From the human T2T-CHM13v2.0 reference genome, Homo sapiens, in the NCBI RefSeq assembly GCF_009914755.1, contig NC_060937.1: 64,000 bases of DNA, one strand, 5' to 3'. Under the pieces are notes generated by a model. The model searched no databases, was not told the DNA's origin, and saw only the letters and a list, made by a program, of their open reading frames with translations. Shown here in pieces: positions 1 to 14,542 of this stretch (its first letter is position 1; each line of letters begins with the position of its first letter). Both the position numbers and the translations under genes were made by a program.

Positions 1-835
1 TTCTACTTTTTATTTAGGCAAAAATCTCACAAAGATCAACAATCTCGGAGTGCTTTTCATCCCACATTCCTGCTACTGTACAAGAAGAGGAAGCATGGCC
101 CAGGCTTTTAACCCCCAGGGTCCAGAGTTCATACAATGGGAAGGAAAGTGAAACAATACATGTTTCAGGGAAACACGCATCTCCTGATTCTGCTGCACTG
201 ATTAATCCTCCCTGCCTGGAATTTCCAGCTGTCCTGATCTGCTTCACTTCGATGTGTTCCCCAATGGGTCTAAGTCTCCTTCATGATAACCTTCCAGTTT
301 ACGGCTGTATTTTAAAACCAGTATTTCATTTCAAGGGCTGCAAGGAGTCCATCAACACTTGTGCCCTAAAGGCGGCTGCTAGCACTGATCCCCCAAGGAC
401 CTCGTGAGCTTAGAGGAGCTCCTGAGTGTGTGGACCAGAGTTGGACACCATAAATTGTGCATCTGAACTTGGATCAAGTGAACCAAATTTCTCCAGAGCA
501 GGCAGGTAGGTCTAGCTGGCTGAACCCTGTCCGCTCTCCAAACATGCCTGGAAAACTCCCATGCAGCAGAAAGCAGTCAAGGAACTCAAAGCCAAGAATA
601 CACAGTGTATCCTCTCCAGTCCAAGCCAGAGACAAACCACCCCAGACCAAGGAGAGACAGCTGTCTGCAGTGAATTCACGACGGCCTTGGCCTCCAGGAA
701 TGATGTCACACCCCTCATGAAATACTTCAAAATCAGGAACGGAGGTTCAGATAAGACAGAATACAGCATGTAATCAAGAAGTATTGGGAAAACCACCCAA
801 CCCTTTACCATGTCAAGCACAAAACAGATTACTAA

Positions 836-1126
<291 letters not shown>

Positions 1127-2160
1127 TAGACGAATGAAAAAGTAGATTTTGCCTCTTGTATGGATAGTAACAGTTCACCAATTATATATCAAATGAAAAT
1201 GTAAATTTAATCATTAAATGGCATATTATTTTATAGATCATTTCTTACAAACACTTATTAGGGCTCTCAAATAAACTTTAAAGAAATGTAAGTTTAGGCT
1301 ATCAACATTAGGGCCAAGTAAAAATGAATTCCTCATTGTAAATAAAGGAAAACCTAAAATTAAACAGCTGAATGTTTACTATTATTTAAAAAAGAAAAAA
1401 GTAGGCCAGCATTTTTTCAGAGCCAACACATCTGTAAAAACTGTATCAAAAGAAAAAGTTCAGGACATCCTCATCCCTCGCACTGCTTGGCAGGAGAGGG
1501 CTGCTGCGGCAGCTGTGCTCCCAGCCTGCTCTGAGACACTGCTTTCCAACACACACCCCAGACTGCGTCCCCAACCCCTCCCAGCCAGGAATGAAGGCTG
1601 AACGGGGAGGAGGCATTCCACACCCACCCCTCAGGAGTCCAGGTTAATTATTTCTGAGGTCAAAGGACCGCAGACTCTGGTCCTTCTTCATGGGAGGGAA
1701 AGACATAGACTTTAAGGAGTTGCAGACCTCATAAAATGTGTATTTTCAGCTCTCAGAACCCTGTTTGCCATTCCCAGTAGAATCATTCATTCTGTCCTCT
1801 GGAGTTAGCTGAGTCAACTAACCTGGCTGCAGGTTCCCTCTTAAAACTCAAACTTGGCAACCACCCTCCTAACCCCTACCTGCGCCCAAAACCAAATCCA
1901 AATTCCCAATAATTCCTAAGAACAACAGAGGGAGGACGGTAGAAAGATAAGGGAAAAAAGGAGGGAAGGAGAGGAGGAGAAAGAAGTAAAAGGTTAAAAT
2001 AATGTATTTCAATGGATGCACATTCAGGCCTCATGCTTCAGAATCTACCAAAGAATGCCAACTCTAGTTCCATACTTTAATTAAATCCAAAAGGTTTTAA
2101 AGAAGGAAATTGTTTTGACATGCTACTTTGGCCCAGTGAATCAAAAGTATTAAATAATAT

Positions 2161-2268
2161 TCTCTCCCTCTCCTCTCTCTCTGTCTCCTCCTTCCCCGTC
2201 TCTTTCTTTCTCCCTCTCTTTTTCTCCTCTTTCCTTCCATCTCTCCTTCCTTGCCTTCCTCTCCCCTT
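2161..2268. repeat. CT-rich low-complexity polypyrimidine tract
   Basis: ~105 bp of almost only C and T; a GA-rich tract lies just upstream at ~1925-1990. Confidence 0.85.
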
Positions 2269-4049
2269 ACTCAGGGGTTGATGGGGGGATTGAAGGCCAC
2301 TGGAGCTCCTGAGCTGACAGGGCCAATGGCCCCTGCACCACGTGATCCCAGGGCATTAGGCTCTGAGATCTGGGACATGCTTTTTACACTTTCCCCATTG
2401 TCTCTCACTGTGTCTTAAGAGGGCTTTCTTCCCCTCCTTCCCTGTTGCTGGATCGCCAAGTGCTGCTGCAGCTCAGCCCACCTCGGCTCTGCAAGATGCT
2501 GGGCTGTGGGCGCCGTCCCACCATCATCGATCGGCCTTGACTGCTAGAGACCTTCTCGCTGCCTTCTCCATTCTCCCTTAGGCTCCAAATGTTTCAAGTG
2601 ATCTGGGAATGAGTGGAGTGTGACCTCACTTCCTTTCAGACAGATGAAAGAAAGGATAAAGAAAGGTAGGGAGGTAGAAAATCACAGAAAGAGGAAAGAG
2701 GAAAGCGCCGACTGCAATACGATTTTGGTTTATTTTCCATATGCAGATTTCCTAATTCTACGAAGGCAATTTGAGTACATCACAAAGCCAGAAAAGGTGT
2801 GGGGTACATTCTAAATAAAGAAAAGTATTAAAGTAGTCAAAAACAAGTCTCACACAGTGTTGAGCCTGAGGCACCCTAAACTACAGCTGTGTGCAGTCGC
2901 ATTCATAGCGCACAGCTCAGGCTGTGAACCCAGGAGAGACGACACATGTGCTTTCACCAGGCTTCACAGCGCGTGAGCCTGGGATCAGGAAGTGTGTGAC
3001 GCTGAGAGTCAGGGGAGCTGATTCTGGTGACAAGGACACAGCCCAGCCAACTGACTCCACACAGGTGGCTGCAACCCCAAACCAGGGAGCTGCATGCCAG
3101 TCCTGGCTTTCAGGAAAGGAGATCCTATGCACATCCTATGAGGAAATGTGGCACATAAAACGGATTTGTTATCTACGTCACTAGGTGCCTTCCTGGAGGC
3201 CTTTCTGCTGCCAGCAGTCTTGGGTTTGGGAGCTGCCCGTAGAATACAATGGAGTTCCTGAAGATGATGTGGCAGTCATCGAAATTCCACTCCAGCCAGG
3301 GCCATTCTTTATCCCCAGCACGAATTTCCACTGAACACTAGACTCTAAGAGCCCGCGGGAATTCCTGCGCATCTCCCCAGACTCCACCATGCCTGCTGGG
3401 ATGATGATGCCTGCAAGTGTGTGAGGGCTCCCAGCTCAACCGTCTGCGGTGTCGTCACTGAGAGTCCTGGATGGCCACCACGTGGAGACAGATGCGGGTG
3501 GTGGCGGTCCCCAGACGCAGATACAGCAAGCAGGGGGACTGAGCCAGCAGCCCGCGCGGGGGGTGCCGCATAACCTAAAGAATGAAGTCATGCCCCGGCC
3601 TGCACCCGGGAAACTGCACACAGCGAAAGATCGCCACTGAGATAAAGAGCTGAAAGCTATTCCCCAATTCAGCTGTTTCAGCCGTGCGGTCTCACAATGG
3701 GCTCACAGACGGCAGCATCCACACGCACCAAGCTCCAGGCCAGCCGAAGGGACGCAAGGGGAACTGGCAAGCCACCGTTCTCCATGTGGGGAGACGGACG
3801 TGTCACAACCCGCCTGGAGTAGTTCCAACTCTGTCGCCACGAATCCTAGCTCAGGAAAAGCAAGAGAAGGCTGCCAACCCCCGGTCCTCCAGCCCTGGAG
3901 TCACGCTAGCAGAAATGTGGCCACGGAGCTGGATGGGGGTAAGAAAACCTTAAAACTCAAAACTCATCTAGCAAAAGAACAGCAGCCCAAAGAAAGGCAG
4001 GGCAATGTGGGGCCTCAGTATACGTCGCGGAGACCAGATGCTGACTTGG

Positions 4050-4400
4050 GGAAACACACAGGGCAGTGCTAGGCTAACTGGCACAGTGACCGTGCACTGG
4101 ACATGGGATATAAAATTGCAACAATGTTACAATTCCTGAACTTAATAAAGGTATCATGCTTACGTAAAAGAAAATCCTTGTCCTTGGGTCTAACGCTGAC
4201 ATGTTCAGGGGCTAAGGGAGATGACCTTTACAACTTAATCTCAAATGGCACAGCAAAAAACAAGAGTAATATGGAGAGGCAGTAAAACCACGAATGTGGC
4301 AAAATGTAAGCAATTGATGACTCTCAAGTGGAAAGCATGCCAGCGTTTATTTGCATACTTCCTGACACTTTTCTAGAAATTTAATTTTTAATCGAAAAAA
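4050..4400 (+). mobile_element. Ancient L1 (L1MC/L1ME-type) 3' UTR fragment
   Basis: aatgttacaattcctga...gtaaaagaaaatccttgtccttggg...caacttaatctcaaatgg resembles old L1M 3' ends; boundaries approximate. Confidence 0.6.
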
Positions 4401-7400
4401 TGTTTAATCAGGGTAATGAGATTTGAGAAAATTTGAAAGGAATCCAAAAACTTAAAAAAGGCATAAGGCAGCAGAGTTGCACTCTGCCAGGGACCAGCAG
4501 CCAAGGGCAAATGTGAAGCAAGCCTTTTTGAGCAGATAAGGATTAATCACAAAGGAAACCCACAGCGAGGGCAGCGGCTGCTGAGCAGAGCACAAAGAGC
4601 ACAATGAGCCCACTGGAGAAAGGATTTCCGGTCACCCAGTGGGCCCTGAGCCTCCCCACCATCCACACAGGCGAGGGGAAGGACCTCGCACTATCTGGTG
4701 TCCAGGGAGCCCCTGCATGACCCAGTGGAGGGAGGAGGGGCAGGGAGACGGAGCTACGCACACTTTCAGCACCTCCAAGAAGGACAGAGGGAGAACGGCG
4801 GAAAGGATGCCCAACTCAAGCTCACAAAGATGAACGTGTTTTTTCTGTCTTGGGTGCATCCTGAGTTGCACAGCTGTCATCTCAGTGCCTCCCCTTCTCT
4901 AAAGCACCTTCTGGTGGTTGTACAAGCAGAAGGGCTTGAGGAATCTTTGCAAAGCATCCCTGTGCTGGAGCACCCAGAAAACTCCAAAGAGCTCTCAGTC
5001 TCTGGAGTTTTCCTTATCCACCAGTAAGCTCCCCTTATCCAAGCACCCAAAACAGGGGCTGGGCTCTGTACTCTTCAGGTTTTCAGTGACACGAGTGTAA
5101 GAAGCACTTAGACAAAGAAAACTGATCTATAGCTGGAAACAACTGAAAATTAACATGGAGTAGATAATAGCTATGATAAAATTTGCAATATTTCAGGATT
5201 TTCAGATTCAATGGTTCCCAAATAATGGCATTGGAATAGCTTCAAAATAAGACACACAATACATGTTTAATTTAAAACACAGTCCTGTATAACATTGAGG
5301 GCAATAGGTAATTATTATTATATGTATATTTATATGTATATGTGTATTTATGTATACATAAAAAATATGTAGGTCAGGATTTTAAACCCCATGAAGATCC
5401 TATACAGAGCTGCACATCTGTTATTCACAGGGTATGCTCCAAACATCATCAACACCTAGAACACAGCTGCCCCCCTCAAAAAAAAAATACAGAAAAAAGA
5501 AACTCTCTGGAAAGCAGTGGTCACAAAGCTCATGACATTTGACTCCAGGAGGAAAGTTTGACAGACTGCTGTTAAGCACCTACAGTATACAAGACATTCA
5601 CTGGCCTCAGTCAACCCCTAGCATATAAAGACAAGGGGCCAGGTTCAGCAGGGCCGATGCCAACTGTGTCCTGCCTCAGAGCACCGGCACTGCCAGTCCA
5701 AAACCAGGAAAGGCATATGGATGACGAATGGCTCTGCACACTCCTGTGATGAGCACTCTGATGCCTGTCGTGCCAGGCTCAGGAGCTTGGACCTGAATGC
5801 AAAAGATGGCAGGGATTTCTTGGGTGGGGAGGGGAGGGAAAGGGAGGTGAGTATGCAGAAGCCGGCATGGCCAGCTCTCTGCTCTCTTTAGAGAGAAGGC
5901 AACCATCCTCGCCAGTCCAAGTGAGCTTTTAACAAAAATGTGTCGAGTAAAAGAATGACAGTAGGATAACATTCACTGCTGTGCCAGAAAAACTTGGTCA
6001 TTTGGCTTCTGCAGATGACTTCAGGGTGGTGTGGCAGGGAAAATGCTTTTGAGCTTCAAGCCTCAGTTAAAATGCTGGCCGTGCCACTGTGCTCTGCTGG
6101 CCATTGGCTGCATGGCTTGCCAAGGGGCTCTACCTCTCCAAACCCGGGTGCCTTGTCCATGACCCCATGTGGGAATGACACCTGCCTCTTAACACAACTG
6201 GGACAAGGAAATCAGCTGACTTCCAGGACCACACGCCTGGCACGTGGGAGGCTCAACAAATCTGACTCTGTCATCCGCCCATCTTCCAGCCGAGGGCAGG
6301 TGAGACACAAGGAGGAGGGGACTTGTTTGAAGCAGTGAGAAGTGGAAAGGAACCCAAGGAGGAGGGAGTGGGAACACCACCTTCCAGAGCCCAGCAGAGG
6401 AGGCCAACGTGCAAAAGCCGAACCTCCGCGCACCTCCACACGCCTTGCAGCACCACGGCCCACCTCTTGGCGCACGGAGAACTGATCCAGGCTCACCACG
6501 ATGACCCGGAGCCACTTGGAAAAGTGCCAGCTGTATTGACAGCATGCTCTACTAACAAAGGGCTGTGCATAACCTATTTCAGTAAAGACATCAATGGAAA
6601 AATAATTGTAGCATTTTAAGGAAAGTTCCAGAAAATTAACTCATACCTAGAAGAAAATCCATTTCCTGATGCCAGTAAAATAAGACTTTTCTATTCTCCA
6701 GGGCTCGAAGCATATGTTAAAACACCCTTGTTTATGATATAATTTAATAATATAGGAAAATGTAGAATAAGTAAACTAAAAACCTTTATAAAATCAGAAG
6801 CATACATATTTTTCCTACGACATAGAGAGAACATTGTCATAAAAACGCTTTTTGAATTATGCTGCAAGATTGGGCCTGTAGTTCACAGGCATGTAGAAAA
6901 GAAATACAGAATCAAAGTAATGAAGTACATTGGGAATTATGAAAATAGTGGTGTTATTTTACATTTATCTTATGTATTTATGATGATCAGTGTCAGAAAC
7001 AAGAAATTATAAAAATTAAGCTGCACCTGGAACACACTAGGCATATAAAAGTTAAGCTGCATCTGGAACTGGGTCTCTGGGGGCTGGCTAGGTCTCCACG
7101 TGTGTCCAGCACAGGTGACATCTGATGGAAGACGCAACACAAACGGCAGGCCCTTGCCGGCAGGGTAGGTGCCAGCTGACCACAGGGCGCATCCCGATTG
7201 CATGCCCTGGACACCATCAACCTCAAGAGGCCTTTGTATGAGATTCTGAAGTGATTATACCATAAAGATCATATTTCAGGTCCAAAACTCTCAAGCAGAA
7301 GGAAGGAAACGTGTTAGCCTCCTCAGCTGGGTGAAGGGGTCTGAAGCCTCACATACAGGGTGAAATGTCAGCAGGAGGCTGGCACTGCGAGACCAGAAAC

Positions 7401-7949
7401 ACATACCTGCCGAAATGGCTGTGACCTGATTTAGGGAGATGCCAGAATGAAACCAGATCTGGTAACGGACTAGAGCGTTCTTCTCCACGCACCCCCAGCC
7501 TTCACCCCGCACTCCACTCCAACACAAACAGCTGCTTGTTGGTTTGAGTTTGAAATACTTGGTCTGCATCAGCCAGATGTCACTGCAGATCACCTGGCAA
7601 GACTGTGAAGCTGCTGTGAAGGCTGCGACCTTCTTCAGAGAAATAACAGGAAAGTTCATCTACCTGAAACTGACCTGTGTTCATCCTACCATACCCAGTA
7701 GGGGCACATTAACGATTTCCTTGATAAATATTGTTTTTAGTGCATAACAGTGCAACCTTCCTCTTAAAGTTTTCTAATCAGACTACAAGGAAGGAGAATC
7801 TAAATCTACATCTAATTAAGAGGAGAATTATTCAAATGATCAAAACAATGGTAGAAGCAAGTAATTTGCCATAAAGGACCCAAGGTTCTGATGCAAATGG
7901 GTAAGAAAAGGAGATAAAAGGAAGAGCTATCAGTTTCTAGTTTCTCTTG

Positions 7950-8125
7950 CTGTTTTAGGCTTGTATTGTATTATCTCACTTGTTCTCACAACAACCATTG
8001 TAGGGTTAATCATTGTAGGGTCGTTTCATGGCCCCTTTGTACACTGGAAGGTGCTGAGGCTTAGGGTGGGGCAGATGGGAACGAGGTCTCTGACCTCCCA
8101 GGCCAGTGTTTCCACCACTCCACAC
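7950..8125. mobile_element. MIR fragment
   Basis: tgtattatctcacttgttctcacaacaacc...tgctgaggcttag is a MIR core-like pattern. Confidence 0.5.
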
Positions 8126-8239
8126 AGCCTCTCCACCATCACCACACACGTGCCATGGCTGGGGGCACTGGCCGAAACTGTGCCCTTAGTGGAGATGTCC
8201 ATTTCTCTAACAGCGACCATTTACTGCGTCACCGGAGAA

Positions 8240-9385
8240 TATAGCCTTAGTTAGGTCTAGAAGCAAAGACACCACAGTAGCAATGGGCATGCCTAGCCCC
8301 CCTAACTTAGATTTTTGTTTTTCCATAGAAGGGTCCAGAAGTCTTAAGAGAAAGGCTGATTTCAGGGGTGGGGCAGGGAGAGAACAAAGTGAGCCTGGAA
8401 CTTCTGATTCCAGGAAAGCAACGACATGTTCATAAAATGACAGCACGTGTCACAAAGACACATGCGCCAGCTGGAAGGAGCTCCCAAAGAACAAATTGGA
8501 GATGATTTGAAAAACAATGATGGAAATGGATTACAATTCATAGAATAAAACCAATCATCAAGCCCATTCTGATCTAAGTAAATAACTGAATACATGTAAG
8601 CAAATGGGAGCAAAGGGAAAGCTCTTCCCTTCTGCAGAATCCCAACTAACAAATGAGACGGGATGGAGACAGCGGCGCCAACCACTGAACGTTGCAGCAA
8701 GAGCTGTTTCAGGCAAGAATCCTCAGGGATAGTCACGTTACGGTGCAAAGTAAGAGGAGAAGCAAGATATTCATACTGTGTCAAAGGCCCTTTCCACAAG
8801 ATACATATTAGGAGCCAAAGAAAAACAGTAACTTCATGGAGAGACCTGGTAGGCACCACCTGAGCCAACCCTCAGAGTCCCATCATCAGGCATTGGGGAA
8901 ACTGGCATCACACACCTCCCAAAGAGGAGACAACGTCAGTTCTGTGCTATTTCTGTCAAGAACACATGACCTGGATTTAGTCATGAAACATCAGATAACC
9001 CAGGTTGAAGCACTTTCTATAAAATAACTGGCCAGGACTCGCCAAGGTCACCCCTGCCAGCCCCCGCCCTGACCCACATACACACAGAAAGACTGAGGAT
9101 GTGTTTAGATTAGAGGTGACCAGGGCGATGTGACAGCTAAATGCAATATGGAATCCTGGGCTGGAGCCGAGATCAGAGAAAGACACCGATGGGACAAAGG
9201 GCAAAATTCCAAAAAGGTCAGTAGATCAGATCAGAGTATTATCTTAATTTTATTTTCCTCATTTTCATCATTGTTCTGTGGTTTTGTAAGACGTTAACAT
9301 TTGGGGAATTTGGATGAAAGATATACGGGAATACTTTGGAACTTTTTTCTAAGTCTGAAGTTATTTCAAAATTTAAGAATTTTAT
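8240..9385 (+). mobile_element. Ancient L1MC-type 3' UTR fragment
   Basis: aagacacatgcgccagctggaaggagctccc, aaatgcaatatggaatcctgggctgga and the terminal aagtctgaagttatttcaaaat are typical of L1MC3/4 3' ends; boundaries approximate. Confidence 0.7.
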
Positions 9386-12300
9386 TAACTACTTGAAAAA
9401 TGAATCCTAAATAGCTCATCGTATTTGTGGTCTTCAAAGCCAGTTTTACAGGTACACTACCCAAAGAATTGACATATTCAAGGGGTAAGATCAGGTAATA
9501 TTTGTCAATACTCAATATCAAAGTGGAGTACATAAATTAGGCCAGAAATTTCTGGTCATAGCCTCTTTAAAACAAAAAAAGTTTCTCCGCCAGAAATATC
9601 CTTTAAAGTTTTACTGTTTTAAGAACTGTAATGTATAGCACATAGGTGAAAAATGGCTTTGAACTAAAAGTCAGACCTCTTTTTCTTTTTCAGTAACTCA
9701 GAAAAAATGAAGTATACCTACACACATTTTTCCATAGACAGAGAAAGTAATAATTCTGTAATTTCACATAGACCGTAGATACGTGAACACATGAAGAAGG
9801 CAAATGCTGACTCTGCCTTTTCTGCATCTCACAGTATATAGTGGACTCAAAATTGAAGTGGAAACACTCTCGAAATTGCACACTTCTTTCTAAGAAACAC
9901 CTCAACCCACAGAGCAACCCCGAAACCCTTCTGAGCACATGCATGTAGCGCAGATCACCTGTGGGCGTGGCAGGTGGCCCATGCTTGTCTCTCTGAATTC
10001 TCATTTCTTCCATCCTCCATCATAAGTCCCCTCTAAAAAAAAAGGGGGGGAACTCTTCTCAGCATTGCACACATGGATGTTCCACAATGGTGACACTTCG
10101 CTACAAATGAAAAGAAGAAGAAAGCCGGGAAGGCCAGTACCTAACACTAGTCACTTCCTATTTGCCTAATCATTTTCTTGCCAACAGTAAGGTAAGATGT
10201 CAACAGTGAGACAAGGCAGAAGTTGCTTTTCGCTACACCCTGAGCAGGTAAAAAGGAAGCCACATTGGAATGTCACCTCTACTATGGAAGTATGATGTGG
10301 CTGATGTCAGAACGTCCGACCCTTCACCTGTCACCATCAATAAGGTGCCCATGGAAACTGATAAGGGATGCTGGACCCCAGGCATCGCTCCTCTGTGCCA
10401 GATATGCCCAAAGGGAATCCTAAAGCAAAGGGAACGTTCTCCTCCACCTTCTCCTTCCTTCCAGGGAAATAAATGGGGTGTGTGTGCACATGTGTGGTAA
10501 AATTTAAATAAGCATGGTTAAAATTTTCAGAGAGTTTTTAGACAGTAAATGGCTGCCTGATCATGTCTCAGAGAGCAAGTGCTTTCAGATCCAACTACCT
10601 ACTGGGCCTTTGGGGCATTATGGGCCTGGCAAATCACTCACATGAATTCAGCAATGTCCATTTAACCCTTGTAACTGTCAGTCACTGTTGTGGGTACCGA
10701 AATGGAGAAAAGTGGAGAAGGTCCCTGCTAACGCGGGATGTATATTTTGAAGGACCTAAAGGTCTATTATGGGTTCGTCTTGAGAATCAGTGGAATGACC
10801 TACCTGTGTCAAAAAGGCTCTGTTAGTGGCTGAGTGCATCTTAGACCACCATCCACAGCATTTTGCAGAAGCTTTTTTACCTAAATCACCTCATTCCACT
10901 TGTGACAACTCCATCCAGCAGTGTCGTCTCTATATATCTCACCTAGTCAGGGAAGAAGTCTTCAGACAGCCGAGCTCGCTCCTAAACACACAGATCCTAG
11001 GACAGAGTCTGTTTCCAAACTCAGATCCTACAGTTAACTGTCTGGTTGGAAAAAAGGGGTTTAAATTTTTTATGGCAACTGAATAATAAAGAACTAAACA
11101 CCTAGAATTTTTCTTCTTTCTTCTTTCAAAAGCATAGGCACCAGGGAATGGGTATAAAGTCTGGAAAACTCACCCTCTAATTCTGAGGTTAGAAGGGTCA
11201 TTCAGACTGACCCCAGTGTCCATCAGTGCTGCACAGATGTGGCTCCTCTTTTAAATGAGGGCAACTAATCAGTCAAGTGAGGCTGAAACTTGTTCAGGGT
11301 TGCAGACGCGCATCTGCCAAAAGAGCATTACAACTGAGACACACTGAGTGCTTACACTGCAGTTTAAAGCACTAAATGATCCCATTTCCCTTCCTTTCTC
11401 ACTACATTTCAAAAATCCTGACTTCAGAAGACAGACCAAAAAGATCTAGGGCCTGATCAAATTAAAAATGAATTTTTATTTAAAAATACAGCATTACTAC
11501 TGTATTGTGCATTTGCTTATTTTTGATAAATATTTATTAAATGCCTATAAAAGATAAAATGTGCTAAGTACTAGGGGTAAACAGGGGCAAATATTAAGGC
11601 CCTGTTCCCAATGAACACAATACCTAATGAGGAGACAGCAGTGGTATGAATAATGACAATATCATCAGCTAATTATTATAATGGGATAGAAGTCCATGGT
11701 TTTCTTCTCTAATACGTCGTATGTAGCTCAACTTTAAGTCAATGAAAATTCAAGGCAGGTTGGAAAGCAGGCATCAGGATACCTGCAGTAACTCCACCTT
11801 TAGGAAGCCCCCTTTCCCATGAGTGTTATTAGATGTTCTGATCTGATGCACGTATAATTCAAAGAGAAACAGGTGATCAAATCAAAGCACACAGCCCTCG
11901 GGAGGCTGGTCTGAACTTGGATCTGGCCGCATTCCTTGCCTTTGGTGTGTCTTTGAGCAAGTCACTAACTCCCTACACCTCTCAATTCCTCCTGGTCAGG
12001 TGGGGTCAGCATCATCTATCCTGCTGAGTTGAAATGATATACAATATATGTGAAAGGATGCGGCAGGCACACCACCCCTGGAGCTCTCTCCAACCTCGTC
12101 ACCGTTGTTAGACAGAAATGCAATGGGAGGAGTGTCAGGAAAAGAAACCAAGAGTGGCCTGGCTGTGCACTGATAGCCACAGTATCCGCTCATGAGATCA
12201 TAACATTGTATAGGTAGCAAGAGCTTAGGGATGTACTAATTGAACCTCCCTGTCATGTAGAACAGAGAACTGATGTCCATAAAGCAGTGATTGTGCCAAC

Positions 12301-12464
12301 GCCAGGCCCTAGGAGGGAAGCTGTGGCCACAGCAACAGATGGCAGCACTGAGGGACTTTCTACTTAAATGTTGCAGCACCTCAAAGGCAAAAGCAAAATA
12401 TGCATTCTCTCTCTTCCAAAAATCCTTGCTCGCAGCCGTCACCTTCCGCTCATTCCCCAAGGAA

Positions 12465-13718
12465 GATGACCAAACATTTTAAACACAGTACCAAAGGCAT
12501 GATCCATGAAAGAAAGAATTAACAAGCTGGACTTCATTAACATCAAAATGTTCTGCTCTGGGAAAGACATTCAAGAGAATGGAAATACAAGCCACAGAAA
12601 ATATTTGCAAAAGATATATTTGATTGATAGAGGACTGTTATCCAAAATATACAAAGACATCTTAAACTCAACAATAAAAAGACAAACAACCCAATTAAAA
12701 AATGGGCCAAAGACCTTAACAGACACTTCACTAAAGAAGATAAACAGGTTGAAAATAACCATATGCAAATGCGTTCCACATAGGTTATGGGGAAAATGCA
12801 AATTTAATCAATGAGATACCAGTACACACCTATTAAAGTGGCTGAAACCCAGAACAGTGACAATACTAAGTGCCGGTGAGGGTGTGGAACAACAAAAATT
12901 CTCAGTCATTGCGGGTGGGGATACAAGATGGTGCAGCCACTCGGGAAGGCAGTTTGGCAGTTTCTGATAAAACCAAACACACCACACAATCCAGCAATCA
13001 TGCTCCTTGCTATTTACCCAAATGAGCTGAAAACTTATGTCCACACGAAACCCTGCACATGGATGTTTACAGCAGCTTTATTCATAACTGCCAACACTCG
13101 GGGGCAACCACCACGTCTTTCACTAGGTGAACAAACAAACAACCTGTGGGACATCCAGACAATGGAATATTCACACTAAAAATAAATGAGCTATCAAGAC
13201 GTGAACAGACATGGAGGAACCTCAAATGTATATTACTAAGGGAATGAAACCAATCTGAAAAGTCTACATACCATACGATTCCAACTATAAGACAACTATA
13301 AGAGAGTCTGGAAAATGCAAAACTACGGAGACAGCAAGAGGATCCATAGTTTGCCAGGGGTCAGAGGTAACGGGGTAGGGATGAATAGGCAGAGGATGGA
13401 GGAATTTTGTGGGCAGTAAAACAACTCTATGTTATACTATAATGATGGATAGATGTCATTATCTATTTGTCCAAATGCATACAAAGTACAGCACCGAGAG
13501 TGAACCCCAGCATGAACTATGGACAGGGGGATAGTGACGTGTCGGTGCAGGTTCATGCACTGTAGCCAATGACCCACTCTGGTGCGGGATGTAGAGATCA
13601 TGGGAGAGGCCATGCGTGTGCCCGAGAAGAGGTACGTGGGAACTCTTGGTACCTTCTGTACAATTTTGCTGTGAACCTAAACTTGCTCTAAAAATCAAGT
13701 CAATTAAAAAATAAAAAC
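12465..13718 (+). mobile_element. 5'-truncated L1 (L1MC1/L1MB-like): degenerate ORF2 C-terminus plus 3' UTR
   Basis: ORF-track peptides MKERINKLDFINIKMFCSGKD and PHNPAIMLLAIYPNELKTYVHTKPCTWMFTAALF match the LINE-1 ORF2p C-terminus; frameshifted; A-rich 3' end near 13700. Confidence 0.92.
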
Positions 13719-14291
13719 CTGCATGTGTACCACCCCAGATTGCGAAACAGTGGAACAGAGCTTCGTAAAACATCTGCATAATTGTTTTATTGTTGACTCA
13801 AATATTTTGTCATTTTCCTTCCAGCACTGGTTCAATAAATCACTGCAGATGTTCATGAGCCTCCTGTTAGGCCCCTGGGGAATGCGTCCTGGCCTTCAAG
13901 ACTGACTCTCGTTGTACCGCCAAATCCATCTCCTCTGCTGAGGCTCCTCTACACCCGGAGCGTTTTTATACAGGTTGCATGGGAGGGTTCCAAATTTTTG
14001 TAGGATATTTACTACAAACTAAATCCAAATATTACAGGCAATAATTAATTTCTCAGTATCAATTTCTATGCACTCCATTAAGTATGTAAATGTTCTGACT
14101 GTAGGCAAAATAACATTCAAAAACCCCTACTTTCAGTGTGGTACTCCACACCAGCCACTCAGAACAAATGCTGGCCTTGAACCTGCTCTCCTGCTGTTGT
14201 GACCAGTTTTAATTCCACGACTGCTACGTAATCCATACAACACAGTTCAAAACTCTGCAGTATAAAGATACCGGGTGCTTTAACTTTGGAA

Positions 14292-14542
14292 CAGAGATTG
14301 CAAACTGGTGACCCGCAGGCCAGATTCGGGCCACAGATGTACCCTGTTTGGCCTGCACCATATTCTAGAAGTTTTTGAATGAATATTTTAAAATTGAGGC
14401 CCCAGGCTTCTGATTCCTTCCCAGACCTTTAAAAGCAGGGACCCACTGGGATCCTTTTGCAGGGATGTGCGTTTTCTCACAAAGCTGGCTGCTCCCAGTT
14501 ATCTGCCTGACCTCAGTAGACATCTGGGTTTTTGAACTCCAG
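14292..14542 (+). mobile_element. hAT-Charlie DNA transposon remnant (MER102/MER58-like)
   Basis: Starts cagagattgcaaactggtgacccgcaggccagattcgggccacagatgt...tgtttggcctgcac, resembling the MER102/MER58 terminal sequence. Confidence 0.6.

Noticed and set aside
12506-13179. ORFs with protein-like sequence (MKERINKLDF..., MVQPLGKAVW...)
   Set aside because: Frameshifted LINE-1 ORF2 remnants, not host genes.
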